From Thermodesulfovibrionales bacterium (lineage in GTDB: Bacteria; Nitrospirota; Thermodesulfovibrionia; Thermodesulfovibrionales; UBA6898), in the NCBI GenBank assembly GCA_044450345.1, contig JBIOIY010000026.1, forward strand, positions 1 to 39,349: a DNA stretch of 39,349 bases, read 5' to 3'. Positions 1 to 8,611 of this stretch are shown here, piece by piece. Under the pieces are notes generated by a model. That model saw only the letters and a program-made list of their open reading frames with translations, ran no database searches and had not been told where the DNA came from. Numbering within the stretch: position 1 is the stretch's first letter; each line of letters starts with the position of its first letter. A program made the translations under genes and the position numbers.

Positions 1-1
1 C

Positions 2-559
2 AGCGTATTCAATCAGCTGAGGGAGAAGGTTGGCGAGCCGTACATATCGTTTCCGGTCGACGCCTTTATCTTTCTTGAAGGGGGGATGGTCGGCTGGGGA
101 ACAATATGCGGCGCAAATGCAGGAGCAAATATTGTGAGCAATATGATTATAGGGCCCAGAATCGCAGGCCCCGAGTGTGAAAACGGCGCAGCAATCGGCG
201 CTGACACCCTGCAATGGTATTCCGAAACGCCCCTTCCTTCTTACACTCCCAAAGAACCGAAGGTGAAAGCAACGATCATCCAGACGACAAGCGATTCGCC
301 GCTCTGTCATGTATCGGTCGGCAAATGGATGAAGGCGTCAGGTTATTCCATCGGCAGTCCTGAAAGAAGAGACAGGTGTGCCCGTGTAACTGCAAGCGTT
401 GCATACCACCTTGTTCAGGACCTGAATGCCTGGAAGGACGGTACGTATAAGCCAAAAGCCACATGGAAAGCGGCATCAAACGTTGGGATTACGGCTCAGC
501 AGAACTGCACTGAATGCCACGGCGCAAATGTGCCTGCGGCTCCTTCCGCAAAAAAGTGA
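2..559 (+). CDS. Split-Soret cytochrome c / C-GCAxxG-C-C family protein, 5'-truncated by window edge
   Basis: Frame is open from position 2 (SVFNQLREKVGEPYISFP...). It contains GWGTICGA, SPLCHVSV, RRDRCARV and a C-terminal CTECH heme motif. Confidence 0.75.
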   Translation, partial: SVFNQLREKVGEPYISFPVDAFIFLEGGMVGWGTICGANAGANIVSNMIIGPRIAGPECENGAAIGADTLQWYSETPLPSYTPKEPKVKATIIQTTSDSPLCHVSVGKWMKASGYSIGSPERRDRCARVTASVAYHLVQDLNAWKDGTYKPKATWKAASNVGITAQQNCTECHGANVPAAPSAKK

Positions 560-579
560 TTTAAAGATCAAACAGCATG

Positions 580-604
580 GATGGGCGGAAACATTCCGCC
601 CATC
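580..604 (+). terminator. Stem-loop downstream of the cytochrome gene
   Basis: GATGGGCGGAA-aca-TTCCGCCCATC is an 11-bp perfect stem; the U-tract is weak. Confidence 0.55.
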
Positions 605-698
605 TCGTCTCTATGCCGGATATCCAAAAGTGAGTATTGAGTCGGCGTAGTCATTAATTCTCGGCCCCGCAGTTCCTAAAATGCAGGCGCTGAAAACA

Positions 699-730
699 GA
701 CAAAATTGTCTGCAAGAGCACCTAAATGTA
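699..730 (+). promoter_or_regulatory. Tandem ACA-N4-TGT enhancer-like boxes upstream of the nifB sigma-54 promoter
   Basis: gACAaaatTGTc (700-709) and ACCtaaaTGTa (720-729). The same motif occurs upstream of the other three sigma-54 promoters. Confidence 0.6.
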
Positions 731-785
731 GTTAGCCACTTTCAGTGATCGGTCGATCTTTCCTTTAAATCCGATGGTTAAGAAC

Positions 786-800
786 TGGCACCGCGTTTGC
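786..800 (+). promoter_or_regulatory. Sigma-54 (-24/-12) promoter of the nifB operon
   Basis: TGGCAC-cgcgt-TTGC, a perfect match to consensus. Confidence 0.9.
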
Positions 801-835
801 GAACAGTAAGAGAAAAATGAGATGCGAGGTGAATC

Positions 836-1741
836 ATGCAGGCGCTTAACACAGTCCCTATCAAAGCCAGGAGAAACTCCGACATTCTGAAAACCCATCC
901 GTGTTTTTCGGAAGAGGCGCACCACAAGTTCGGCAGGATTCACCTGCCGGTAGCTCCCCATTGCAACATCCAGTGCAGGTACTGCATAAGGAAATATGAC
1001 TGTGCGAATGAATCCCGGCCGGGCATCACAAGCAAGGTGCTTAGCACCTGGGAAGCGCTCGAAAGGGTGAGGGCGGTTGTGGACCGGAGCGGCAATATCA
1101 GTGTGATAGGCATTGCGGGGCCCGGGGACCCCCTGGCGAATGATGCGACCTTCGAGACGATGACCGCGATCCACGAAGAATTCCCTGAACTGGTCCTCTG
1201 CATCTCGACGAACGGCCTCGCCCTGCCGGACAGGATCGAAGAGTTGATGAGGTCCGGGGTCAGGAGCATAACGATCACAATCAATGCCGCAACGCCCGCC
1301 GTAGCGGAAAGGATCTATTCCTGGGTTTCCTACAGAGGAAAAAGGTATACCGGCAAAGAGGCGGCGCAGCGCATCGTCGCGAACCAGTGGCGCGGCCTGA
1401 TAAATGCGGTCGACGCCGGGTTCATCGTGAAGGTGAACACCGTACTGATACCCGGGATAAATGACGCCGAGATACCCCTGATCGCATGGGGGGCCGGAGA
1501 AAGGGGCGCGGACATCATGAACATTATGCCGCTCATACCGCAGGCGGAATTTGCCGATCTCTCGCGGCCGTCCCGCGAAACGATAGAGAAAAAGCGGAAA
1601 GAATGTTCAGCACACATCCCCCAGATGTCCCACTGCAAACAGTGCAGGGCCGATGCCTGCGGCATACTCGGCGAGGACAAGGACATGGAGCTTGAAGTAC
1701 TCAATGCGCGCATCGGAGAAGAATACTGCGAGATGGTGTAG
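836..1741 (+). CDS. nifB: Nitrogenase cofactor biosynthesis radical SAM protein NifB (SAM domain only, no NifX-like domain)
   Basis: HPCF, RIHLPVAP, CNIQCRYC (CxxxCxxC), ESRPG, AGPGDPLAN and C-terminal CKQCRADA; GAGG RBS. Confidence 0.88.
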   Translation: MQALNTVPIKARRNSDILKTHPCFSEEAHHKFGRIHLPVAPHCNIQCRYCIRKYDCANESRPGITSKVLSTWEALERVRAVVDRSGNISVIGIAGPGDPLANDATFETMTAIHEEFPELVLCISTNGLALPDRIEELMRSGVRSITITINAATPAVAERIYSWVSYRGKRYTGKEAAQRIVANQWRGLINAVDAGFIVKVNTVLIPGINDAEIPLIAWGAGERGADIMNIMPLIPQAEFADLSRPSRETIEKKRKECSAHIPQMSHCKQCRADACGILGEDKDMELEVLNARIGEEYCEMV

Positions 1742-1778
1742 CAGACGAACAGAGAAAGCCGGAGAAAGGAGCAGAGTC

Positions 1779-1979
1779 ATGTGTATCGGGATAGTTTTAT
1801 TTGCAGTTGCAGTAACAGGTCTGGCCTTCATGATAATCAGAAGACATGACATGCCTTACCGGGCCAAGCTTGCCGCATACATCGTGACAATAGCCTGGGG
1901 GGCCGTGTTCTTCGGCCTTTTCATCGTGCGGTACGCGCGTCCCGCGGCTTTGCTCTATACCATGGTATCGCGGCTATGA
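1779..1979 (+). CDS. Small two-TM hypothetical membrane protein (66 aa)
   Basis: AAGGAG RBS at 1766-1771, ATG at 1779, two hydrophobic stretches, and an ATGA overlap with hesA. Confidence 0.6.
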   Translation: MCIGIVLFAVAVTGLAFMIIRRHDMPYRAKLAAYIVTIAWGAVFFGLFIVRYARPAALLYTMVSRL

Positions 1980-2833
1980 AGAACAGGGCGCTTATTACTC
2001 CCCTGACTGATCTCTCGGAACGGGAGTTGGAACGCTATAAAAGGCAGCTGATGCACCGGGGGTTTACACCGGAGCATCAATCGAGGCTCAAGACAGCTTC
2101 CGTGTTAGTTGCCGGTGTCGGCGGACTGGGGGGCGCAGCGGCGACCTATCTTGCCGTGGCCGGAATCGGCAGTCTGCGTCTTGCGCACTACGGGACACTC
2201 ACCCTTTCCAATATGAACCGGCAGACTCTCATGACAGATGAACGTATCGGCGAGTCGCGTGTGCTGCAGGCGAAGGACCGAATTAAAGAGCTGAATCCGC
2301 ACGTAGAAGTTGAAATGATAAATGAAAGGACTTCGGACGGCAATATCAGCGACCTGCTCAATGGCGTCGATATCGCGCTTTCGGCACGGCCTAATTTCGA
2401 CGAACGAAGGACGTTGAACAAAGGCTGCGTAAGAGGGCATATCCCTATGATAGAGGCTGCTATGAACGGGATGGAAGGCTATCTGTTCAATGTAGTTCCG
2501 GGACAGACGCCGTGTCTTGAATGCGTGTATCCGGAGGACAATCCTGAATGGGAAGAGCTGGGCTTCCCGGTCCTGGGCGCTGTCTCAGGGATGCTCGGCT
2601 GTATTATGGCGATCGAGGCGATAAAGCTGCTCACCGGTTTCGGCAAGCCGATGCTTTCGCAGATGCTTGTCTTCAATACATTCGATATGGAATATAGAAA
2701 ATTCAGGGTGCGGAGGAACCGCTCGTGCCCGGTATGCGGCAACAGACAGGAAAAATCCATGAGTGTAGGGGCGCCGCTTGCTGCGCCCTTCCGGTCCGGA
2801 TGTGAGGAAGGCCTATGCTTAAGAGGATACTGA
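1976..2833 (+). CDS. hesA: HesA/MoeB/ThiF-family adenylyltransferase (nif-associated HesA type)
   Basis: ELERYKRQ, GVGGLG, SNMNRQ, and the Zn motifs PCLEC and CPVCG; lies in the nifB operon. Confidence 0.8.
   Translation: MKNRALITPLTDLSERELERYKRQLMHRGFTPEHQSRLKTASVLVAGVGGLGGAAATYLAVAGIGSLRLAHYGTLTLSNMNRQTLMTDERIGESRVLQAKDRIKELNPHVEVEMINERTSDGNISDLLNGVDIALSARPNFDERRTLNKGCVRGHIPMIEAAMNGMEGYLFNVVPGQTPCLECVYPEDNPEWEELGFPVLGAVSGMLGCIMAIEAIKLLTGFGKPMLSQMLVFNTFDMEYRKFRVRRNRSCPVCGNRQEKSMSVGAPLAAPFRSGCEEGLCLRGY
2765..2789 (+). repeat. GTAG-type REP-like palindrome inside the hesA 3' end
   Basis: GTAG-GGGCGC-cgcttgct-GCGCCC-T. Confidence 0.55.
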
Positions 2834-3588
2834 TATTGATTTTGACGATTGTGTCACCGGAGATTCTTTGCACCGCCGGTGCTGCACCGAATAGCTATCT
2901 CACGGTTTCGGCTGCGATGAGCCTGAAGAGCGCATTTGAGGAGATCGGGGCGATTTATGAACAGAAGTCTTCCGGGGTAAAGGTCCGTTTTAATTTCGGA
3001 GCATCAGGTATGCTCGAAAAACAGATCGAGTCGGGCGCACCCGCAGACATATTCGCATCTGCCTCCGTGAAGGAAATGGACGAGTTGGAATCGAAAGGCC
3101 TTATCATCAAAAATACCCGGTGGAACTTTGCCGGCAATTCACTGGTCCTCGTTGTTCCGGCGAATTCAAAACTGGAGGTAAGGTCACTTGATGATCTTGC
3201 GGCAAACCCGGTCAAGAGGATCGCCATCGGGAACCCCAAGAGCGTACCCGCCGGGAAATATTCTCAAGAGGCACTCAGGAACCTCCATCTTTTTGAGCGA
3301 CTAAAAGAGAAACTCGTGTATTCAGAAAACGTGGGGCAGGTCATGGACTATGTTTGCAGGGGAGAAGTCGATGGAGGCCTGGTATTTTATTCAGACACAT
3401 TTTCCCGCAGGGGCGGCTTTAAGATTGCAGGGAAGGTCCCCGACGGAAGTCATGAGGAGATCAATTATCCTATTGCGGTGATTCGGGGCACGAGGAACGA
3501 GTCTCTTGCAAAGGCGTTTATCCTGACGGTCATATCCGAAAAAGGCAAAGAGGTCCTTGAGAAGAACGGCTTTGCCCTGAGACCCTAG
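2815..3588 (+). CDS. modA: Molybdate ABC transporter periplasmic binding protein
   Basis: Signal peptide, VSAAMSL, FNFGASGML, GAPADIFASAS, AIGNPKSVPAG. Confidence 0.93.
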   Translation: MLKRILILILTIVSPEILCTAGAAPNSYLTVSAAMSLKSAFEEIGAIYEQKSSGVKVRFNFGASGMLEKQIESGAPADIFASASVKEMDELESKGLIIKNTRWNFAGNSLVLVVPANSKLEVRSLDDLAANPVKRIAIGNPKSVPAGKYSQEALRNLHLFERLKEKLVYSENVGQVMDYVCRGEVDGGLVFYSDTFSRRGGFKIAGKVPDGSHEEINYPIAVIRGTRNESLAKAFILTVISEKGKEVLEKNGFALRP

Positions 3589-3593
3589 GCGAG

Positions 3594-4259
3594 ATGGAAG
3601 ATACTGCCCTTTTCTCGATGAGGCTTTCTCTCCAGGTAGCGGCTGTCGCAACCGCGATGGTGTTTTTCTTTGGCCTGCCTGCAGCGTATCTTCTTGCGAC
3701 CAGGAAATTCAGGGGCAGGGAGATGCTGGATATGCTTCTCACCCTCCCGCTTGTTCTGCCGCCGACCGTGACCGGCTATTACCTGGTGGAGCTTTTTGGA
3801 AGAAACGGTCTTATCGGAAGCATAGTAGACAGGGCAACGGGATGGAGCATCATGTTTACGTGGCAGGCGGCGGTACTGGCGTCGTTTACTGTCTCGCTGC
3901 CCCTGATGATCAAGACCGCACGGGCCTCAATCGAGTCTGTCGATAAAAACCTTATCAACGCCTCTTATACCCTGGGGCATTCTGAATTGGAGACCGCTTT
4001 AAAAGTTGTACTGCCCCTGGCAAAAAAGGGGATAATCGCAGGGCTCGTCCTTTCCTTTGCGAGGGCGATGGGAGAGTTCGGCGCGACGCTGATGCTGGCC
4101 GGAAATATTCCCGGAAGGACGGACACCATGCCGCTGGCAATTTATTCCCTTGCAACCGGAGGAGATTGGGGACGTGCGAATATGATGGTGCTCTCCCTGA
4201 CTCTTCTTTCGGGGCTTTTCCTTTATGCGGCGAACAGGTTCGGGGGAAGGAGGATCTGA
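3594..4259 (+). CDS. modB: Molybdate ABC transporter permease
   Basis: LPLVLPPTVTGYYL, FARAMGEFGATLMLAGNIPG. Confidence 0.95.
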   Translation: MEDTALFSMRLSLQVAAVATAMVFFFGLPAAYLLATRKFRGREMLDMLLTLPLVLPPTVTGYYLVELFGRNGLIGSIVDRATGWSIMFTWQAAVLASFTVSLPLMIKTARASIESVDKNLINASYTLGHSELETALKVVLPLAKKGIIAGLVLSFARAMGEFGATLMLAGNIPGRTDTMPLAIYSLATGGDWGRANMMVLSLTLLSGLFLYAANRFGGRRI

Positions 4260-5011
4260 TGGGACTCGATGTCAGGATACGCAAAGAGGTGAAGGGATTT
4301 TCGCTGGATGTGGAATGGGAGATCGGTGATGAGCTTGTAGTGCTTTTCGGATACTCAGGGGCCGGAAAATCGATGACGCTCCAGTCGCTGGCCGGCATCG
4401 CGACGCCCGATGAGGGCCATATAGTACTTGACGGAAAAGTATATTTGGACAGTGGCGCAGGGATCAACGAACCGCCGCAGAAAAGGCCTTTCGGCTATGT
4501 ATTCCAGGACCTTGCGCTTTTTCCCCATATGACCTTGAAAGAGAATATCACCTATGGCGGCAAGGGGATAAGCAGAGCGGAACGAAATGAAAGAGCGGAT
4601 GAGATGATCGGGCTCTTCCGTCTCAAAGGGCTCGAAAGGAAACTTCCCTCCGAGATATCAGGCGGACAGAAACAGAGGGTCGCCCTTGCAAGGGCGCTTA
4701 TAAGAAGACCTGACCTGCTTCTCCTCGACGAGCCTTTTTCGGCCCTCGACAATCCGGTGCGGGTCGAGATGAGAAAGATCCTCATAGAGATAAGACGGGA
4801 GTTCGCTATACCGATTGTCCTTGTGACACATGACAGGTTCGAGGCATACACAATGGCCGACAGGATGATCATATACTCCGGAGGAAGGATTGTTCAGACA
4901 GGGTCTCCGGAAGAGATACTACATAGCCCGATGTCCCATGATGTTGAAGCACTTGTCAACCCGTCCGGATTTGCCCGGCCGTCCGCCGACGCCTTCAGCC
5001 TCTGCAGGTAA
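4259..5011 (+). CDS. modC: Molybdate ABC transporter ATP-binding protein
   Basis: Walker A GYSGAGKS, ISGGQKQR signature, LLLDEPF. The ATG at 4259 overlaps the modB stop (TGATG) and follows a GGAGG RBS. Confidence 0.9.
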   Translation: MGLDVRIRKEVKGFSLDVEWEIGDELVVLFGYSGAGKSMTLQSLAGIATPDEGHIVLDGKVYLDSGAGINEPPQKRPFGYVFQDLALFPHMTLKENITYGGKGISRAERNERADEMIGLFRLKGLERKLPSEISGGQKQRVALARALIRRPDLLLLDEPFSALDNPVRVEMRKILIEIRREFAIPIVLVTHDRFEAYTMADRMIIYSGGRIVQTGSPEEILHSPMSHDVEALVNPSGFARPSADAFSLCR

Positions 5012-5028
5012 AGATCCTGGGGGGGTAG

Positions 5029-5059
5029 TACATAATTGTAAGTACAAGACAATTGTGTA
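5029..5059 (+). promoter_or_regulatory. Tandem ACA-N4-TGT enhancer-like boxes
   Basis: tACAtaatTGTa (5030-5039) and gACAattgTGTa (5049-5058). Confidence 0.7.
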
Positions 5060-5103
5060 GCATCCATCCAATATATTGTCCTTATAAATCAAGCAAATTC
5101 ACC

Positions 5104-5118
5104 TGGCACGGTTTTGGC
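5104..5118 (+). promoter_or_regulatory. Sigma-54 promoter of the HTH-porin-APC operon
   Basis: TGGCAC-ggttt-TGGC, GG-N10-GC spacing. Confidence 0.8.
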
Positions 5119-5134
5119 AGATATCGAGCTAAAG

Positions 5135-5323
5135 ATGATGGAAACTCTTAAAGAAAAGATAAAGGAAATGGAAAGGGAAGAAATAATCAATGCCCTCAGA
5201 GAATCCGACTGGGTCATGGCAAAGGCCGCCAGGAAGCTCGGCATAACCGAACGGATGATCGGATACAAGATCAAGAAATACGGACTAAGGATAAAGGAGG
5301 TGCGATGGATCGAGCATGGGTAA
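5135..5323 (+). CDS. Stand-alone Fis-type (HTH_8) DNA-binding protein resembling the NifA C-terminal domain
   Basis: EREEIINALRESDWVMAKAARKLGITERMIGYKIKKYGL resembles the NifA C-terminus (GWVQAKAARLLG). The ATG at 5135 or 5138 is preferred because the TTG at 5114 lies inside the promoter. Confidence 0.75.
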   Translation: MMETLKEKIKEMEREEIINALRESDWVMAKAARKLGITERMIGYKIKKYGLRIKEVRWIEHG

Positions 5324-5392
5324 AGCGGGGGCTGTTGTTGACCAGGATTCGTGTGCATTAATTTGTCAAAAAAATAGTAAAAGGAGGAAGTA

Positions 5393-6499
5393 ATGAAGAA
5401 AGGGATTTTGAAAGCAGCAATGTTTCTTATGTTAATTTTGTTTGTTTCGAGGGCCTATGCCGAAGACGCAAAACCGGCGGGCCTGAACGTGGATGATATC
5501 AAGAAGGCGCTCGGCCTGAGCATCTATGTCCAGGGCGGGTATACCTATAATTTCAAGAACCCGGATTCCGGCGAGAATGACCTCAGGGTCTTCGACCACA
5601 AGTCCAATAGCTTCACTTTTGATCTCGCGGAGCTCATGTTCACAAAAGATGCGCCCCTCGGCGGCGTCGGTTACAGGCTCAAATTATCGGCCGGAGAAAC
5701 GGCAAAGTGGATACATTCGCGGGGGCTTGGCGATGTGGGTAAGGACGAGTTCGACCTCACCGAGGCGTATATCGACTATCTTGCGCCGATAGGCAAGGGG
5801 CTTAAGTTCCGGTTCGGAAAATTCGTCACCATGCACGGCGCCGAGGTAATCGAGGCGAAGGACAATTTCAATTATTCCCGTTCATTCCTCTTTAACTATG
5901 CCATTCCCTTTACGCATACCGGACTTTCGGCGGGGTATGCCTTTTCCGATAAAGTGAACGCGACCCTTTATGTGGTGAACGGCTGGGACAACACCGACGA
6001 CAACAACAAGGGGAAGACCGTTGGGGCGACTCTCGGCTGGACTCCGATAGATCCAGTAGGGTTGACATTTAATGTAATGTACGGTCCGGAGAAGGACGAC
6101 AACAACCACGACAACAGGTTCCTCTTCGACTGGGTAGGCACCTTTAAGCCGGTTAAGAACCTGACATTGCTCCTCAACACCGATTATGCGACAGAAGAAC
6201 ATTCTGCGGCTGACGGCGGCACCGGAAAATGGTACGGGATCGCAGGATATGCAAAGTATGATTTCAGCGACCTCTTCAGCGCAACGATCAGGGCCGAATA
6301 TTTCGATGATAAGGACGGCCTGAGGACGCTCACCGCGCAGAAGCTGAAAGAGATAACGTTAACCCCTGAATTCAGGGTCGCCAAGTCGATCATAGTCAGG
6401 CCTGAGTACAGACATGACTGGTCCGACCAGCAGACTTTTGATGCAAACAGCAGAAAAAGCCAGGACACCATCGCGCTCGGCGTGATGTATACGTGGTAG
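5393..6499 (+). CDS. Outer-membrane beta-barrel porin (BBP2/OmpL-like family)
   Basis: Signal peptide, GKFVTMHGAEVIE, NFNYSRSFLF, PFTHTG, NGWD, alternating beta-strands, terminal aromatic (YTW); AAGGAGG RBS. Confidence 0.8.
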   Translation: MKKGILKAAMFLMLILFVSRAYAEDAKPAGLNVDDIKKALGLSIYVQGGYTYNFKNPDSGENDLRVFDHKSNSFTFDLAELMFTKDAPLGGVGYRLKLSAGETAKWIHSRGLGDVGKDEFDLTEAYIDYLAPIGKGLKFRFGKFVTMHGAEVIEAKDNFNYSRSFLFNYAIPFTHTGLSAGYAFSDKVNATLYVVNGWDNTDDNNKGKTVGATLGWTPIDPVGLTFNVMYGPEKDDNNHDNRFLFDWVGTFKPVKNLTLLLNTDYATEEHSAADGGTGKWYGIAGYAKYDFSDLFSATIRAEYFDDKDGLRTLTAQKLKEITLTPEFRVAKSIIVRPEYRHDWSDQQTFDANSRKSQDTIALGVMYTW

Positions 6500-6511
6500 G
6501 CTGAAATAAGC

Positions 6512-6543
6512 TGCGTCCCGGCCCCGGCAGAGGCCGGGACGCA
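6512..6543 (+). other. Intergenic stem-loop between porin and permease (no U-tract; possible mRNA-stabilising or processing element)
   Basis: TGCGTCCCGGCC ... GGCCGGGACGCA, a 12-bp stem. Confidence 0.55.
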
Positions 6544-6572
6544 ATAAACAACACTAACAAAAGGAGTATATC

Positions 6573-8471
6573 ATGTCAGAAACAACAAATACACCAGTCA
6601 CCAGGGGAACACTTGGACTGACGGGTCTTACCATGAACGCGATGGCGCTGATTGCGCCCGGAGCGTTCCTCTGGCTGACCTTCCAGATGCAGTCCCTTTA
6701 CGGCGCACCGATGGCAGGCATGGCCATGTGGTTCGGCATTCTCTTTGCGCTGTTACTCTGCTTTGCCACGGCGATAAGTTATTCGGAGTTGGCAAAGCTC
6801 TATCCGGGACCCGGCTCATCGTATCTTTACGCGGAGCAGGCGTACCTTTCAAAAACACACTCATACAAGTTCGCCCGTGTCGCAAAGTTCATCACGGGTT
6901 GGGCGAGTCATCTGTACTACTGGGTCTACCCCGGCGTCATGGTCGGCGTGACCGCGATCCTGGGCGGATTTCTGATGAACCAGTTCTGGCCGGACACCTT
7001 CAGCGGCACCTATAACAGCCCGCTCTTTATGTGGCTTTTCTGTGGCGTATTCGCTCTCGGCGTGGCGTACATCGCCTACCGCGGCGTAACAGGCACTACG
7101 GCGGTCAACGTGGCGATCAATATCATCCAGATCTCGGCTCTCCTGGTCTTTTCGGTGATTGCGATCGGCTACCGCGTTCAGCATCCGCAGGGCTCTACCG
7201 GGTATCATCTCTCTAACGGCGTGGCGATAAATTATCAGGTCGCCCAGGAGGTGGTGAAGGACGACAAGGGAAATCCGACACCGGTCTTGGACGAAAACAA
7301 CAAACCTACCGTGGATAAAGACGGCAAGCCCGTCTATAAGATGCAGGACGCTCAGGACAAAGACGGTAACCCTGTGCCTGCCGACAAGGACGGCAAGGCA
7401 GTAGCCGACCCTAAACTCGCTGCTCCTTTTACGGTCGACTATTCCCCTGAAGGGGCGATCGCAAAGGACGACAAGGGGAACCCTCAGTTCAACTATCATT
7501 CTTCGGCGGGTTCGGTTGTTCATCCTCACGGCTTCAACTTCATCTTCATCCAGGCGGCGATCGCGATCCTGATCCTGGTCGGTTTCGAGTCGGTCACCTC
7601 GATGGGCGATGAGGCCAAACACCCAAAGAGAGACATCCCGAGGGCCGTGCTATTGTCGCTTGCGATCCAGGGCGCTGTCTGCTATATGATAGAGTATTTC
7701 GCCGCGAACTACTTCCTTCATAACGGCTATACCATGCCGATGGCAGGCGCCTCCGGCGCGCCGGCCGCCGACATGATGGTGATAGTCGGCACATGGCTTT
7801 TCGGCAGCTATGCATTAGGCAAGGCGTTCATGCTGGTGCAGGCATTCACGGTCTTTCTGGCGCTTATCGGCACCACGCTTTCCTGCCTCAGCACCGGCGC
7901 CCGTGTCACCTATGCGATGGGCCGCGACGAAGAAGTGCCTTCTCACTTCGGCCTCCTGCATGGCAAGACAATGTCTCCCTATAAGGCGATATGGACACTG
8001 GCGGTGATCTCGGCGATCATCGGCATTATCACGGTAACAGTGTACATGGGCGGCCAGGCGACAGCGCCCGCGGCTCTGGACAAGCACAACTTCTGGTACA
8101 GCTTCGGCATTTTCTCGCCGGAGATGTACGTGTCGCTGCCCAACACGCTGGTCATCGTAACGCTGGTCAGCAACTTCGGCACGTTCCTTTTGTACATGAT
8201 CACTTGCTGGATCGCGATGGTGGCATTCAAAGAACACCACAGCTTCAACAGCATCAAGCACGTGGTCATCCCTGTTCTGGGATTGCTTGCAAACCTGGTG
8301 ATCATGCTCTTTTACCTGGTCGGTCCGTTTACGGTCGCCGGCATGAGCTGGAAGGAGCCGTTTATTGCGCTGGGTGTCTGTGCGCTCTGGGGCATTTACG
8401 GGGCCATCTACTTCCTCAAGTCCAGTAAGGCCAAGGGCAAGGAAGTGTTTCTAAGCAGCAAGCCTGCGTAA
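6573..8471 (+). CDS. APC-superfamily (amino acid/polyamine) permease with a large inserted hydrophilic loop
   Basis: About 12 TM segments; YSELAKLYPGPGSSY, GFESVTSMGDEAKHPKRDIPRA, ARVTYAMGRD; AAGGAG RBS. Confidence 0.85.
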   Translation: MSETTNTPVTRGTLGLTGLTMNAMALIAPGAFLWLTFQMQSLYGAPMAGMAMWFGILFALLLCFATAISYSELAKLYPGPGSSYLYAEQAYLSKTHSYKFARVAKFITGWASHLYYWVYPGVMVGVTAILGGFLMNQFWPDTFSGTYNSPLFMWLFCGVFALGVAYIAYRGVTGTTAVNVAINIIQISALLVFSVIAIGYRVQHPQGSTGYHLSNGVAINYQVAQEVVKDDKGNPTPVLDENNKPTVDKDGKPVYKMQDAQDKDGNPVPADKDGKAVADPKLAAPFTVDYSPEGAIAKDDKGNPQFNYHSSAGSVVHPHGFNFIFIQAAIAILILVGFESVTSMGDEAKHPKRDIPRAVLLSLAIQGAVCYMIEYFAANYFLHNGYTMPMAGASGAPAADMMVIVGTWLFGSYALGKAFMLVQAFTVFLALIGTTLSCLSTGARVTYAMGRDEEVPSHFGLLHGKTMSPYKAIWTLAVISAIIGIITVTVYMGGQATAPAALDKHNFWYSFGIFSPEMYVSLPNTLVIVTLVSNFGTFLLYMITCWIAMVAFKEHHSFNSIKHVVIPVLGLLANLVIMLFYLVGPFTVAGMSWKEPFIALGVCALWGIYGAIYFLKSSKAKGKEVFLSSKPA

Positions 8472-8487
8472 GTGATATCAACGTATT

Positions 8488-8555
8488 TTTTTGCAGGGGC
8501 AGGCCTATGTGCCTGCCCCCTCATTCGGCGCCCATACAAGGACCGCCTGCAAAAA
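8488..8555. repeat. REP/REPIN-like nested palindrome after the APC gene
   Basis: Inner GGGGCAGGC-ctatgt-GCCTGCCCC stem within outer TTTTTGCAGG...CCTGCAAAAA inverted arms. Confidence 0.55.
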
Positions 8556-8611
8556 TCTTTTTACGCCACCCGTTTTCAATAGTATTTAATAAATGTTAAA
8601 GTGATTTGAAT

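Noticed and set aside
4166..4258. Longer modC N-terminus in the ORF track
   Set aside because: It overlaps modB. The ATG at 4259 has an RBS and stop-start coupling.
6628..8428. Multiple long alternative-frame and antisense ORFs over the APC permease, also seen over amt and fdh
   Set aside because: These are expected shadows of GC3-rich coding sequence, with no motifs or RBS.
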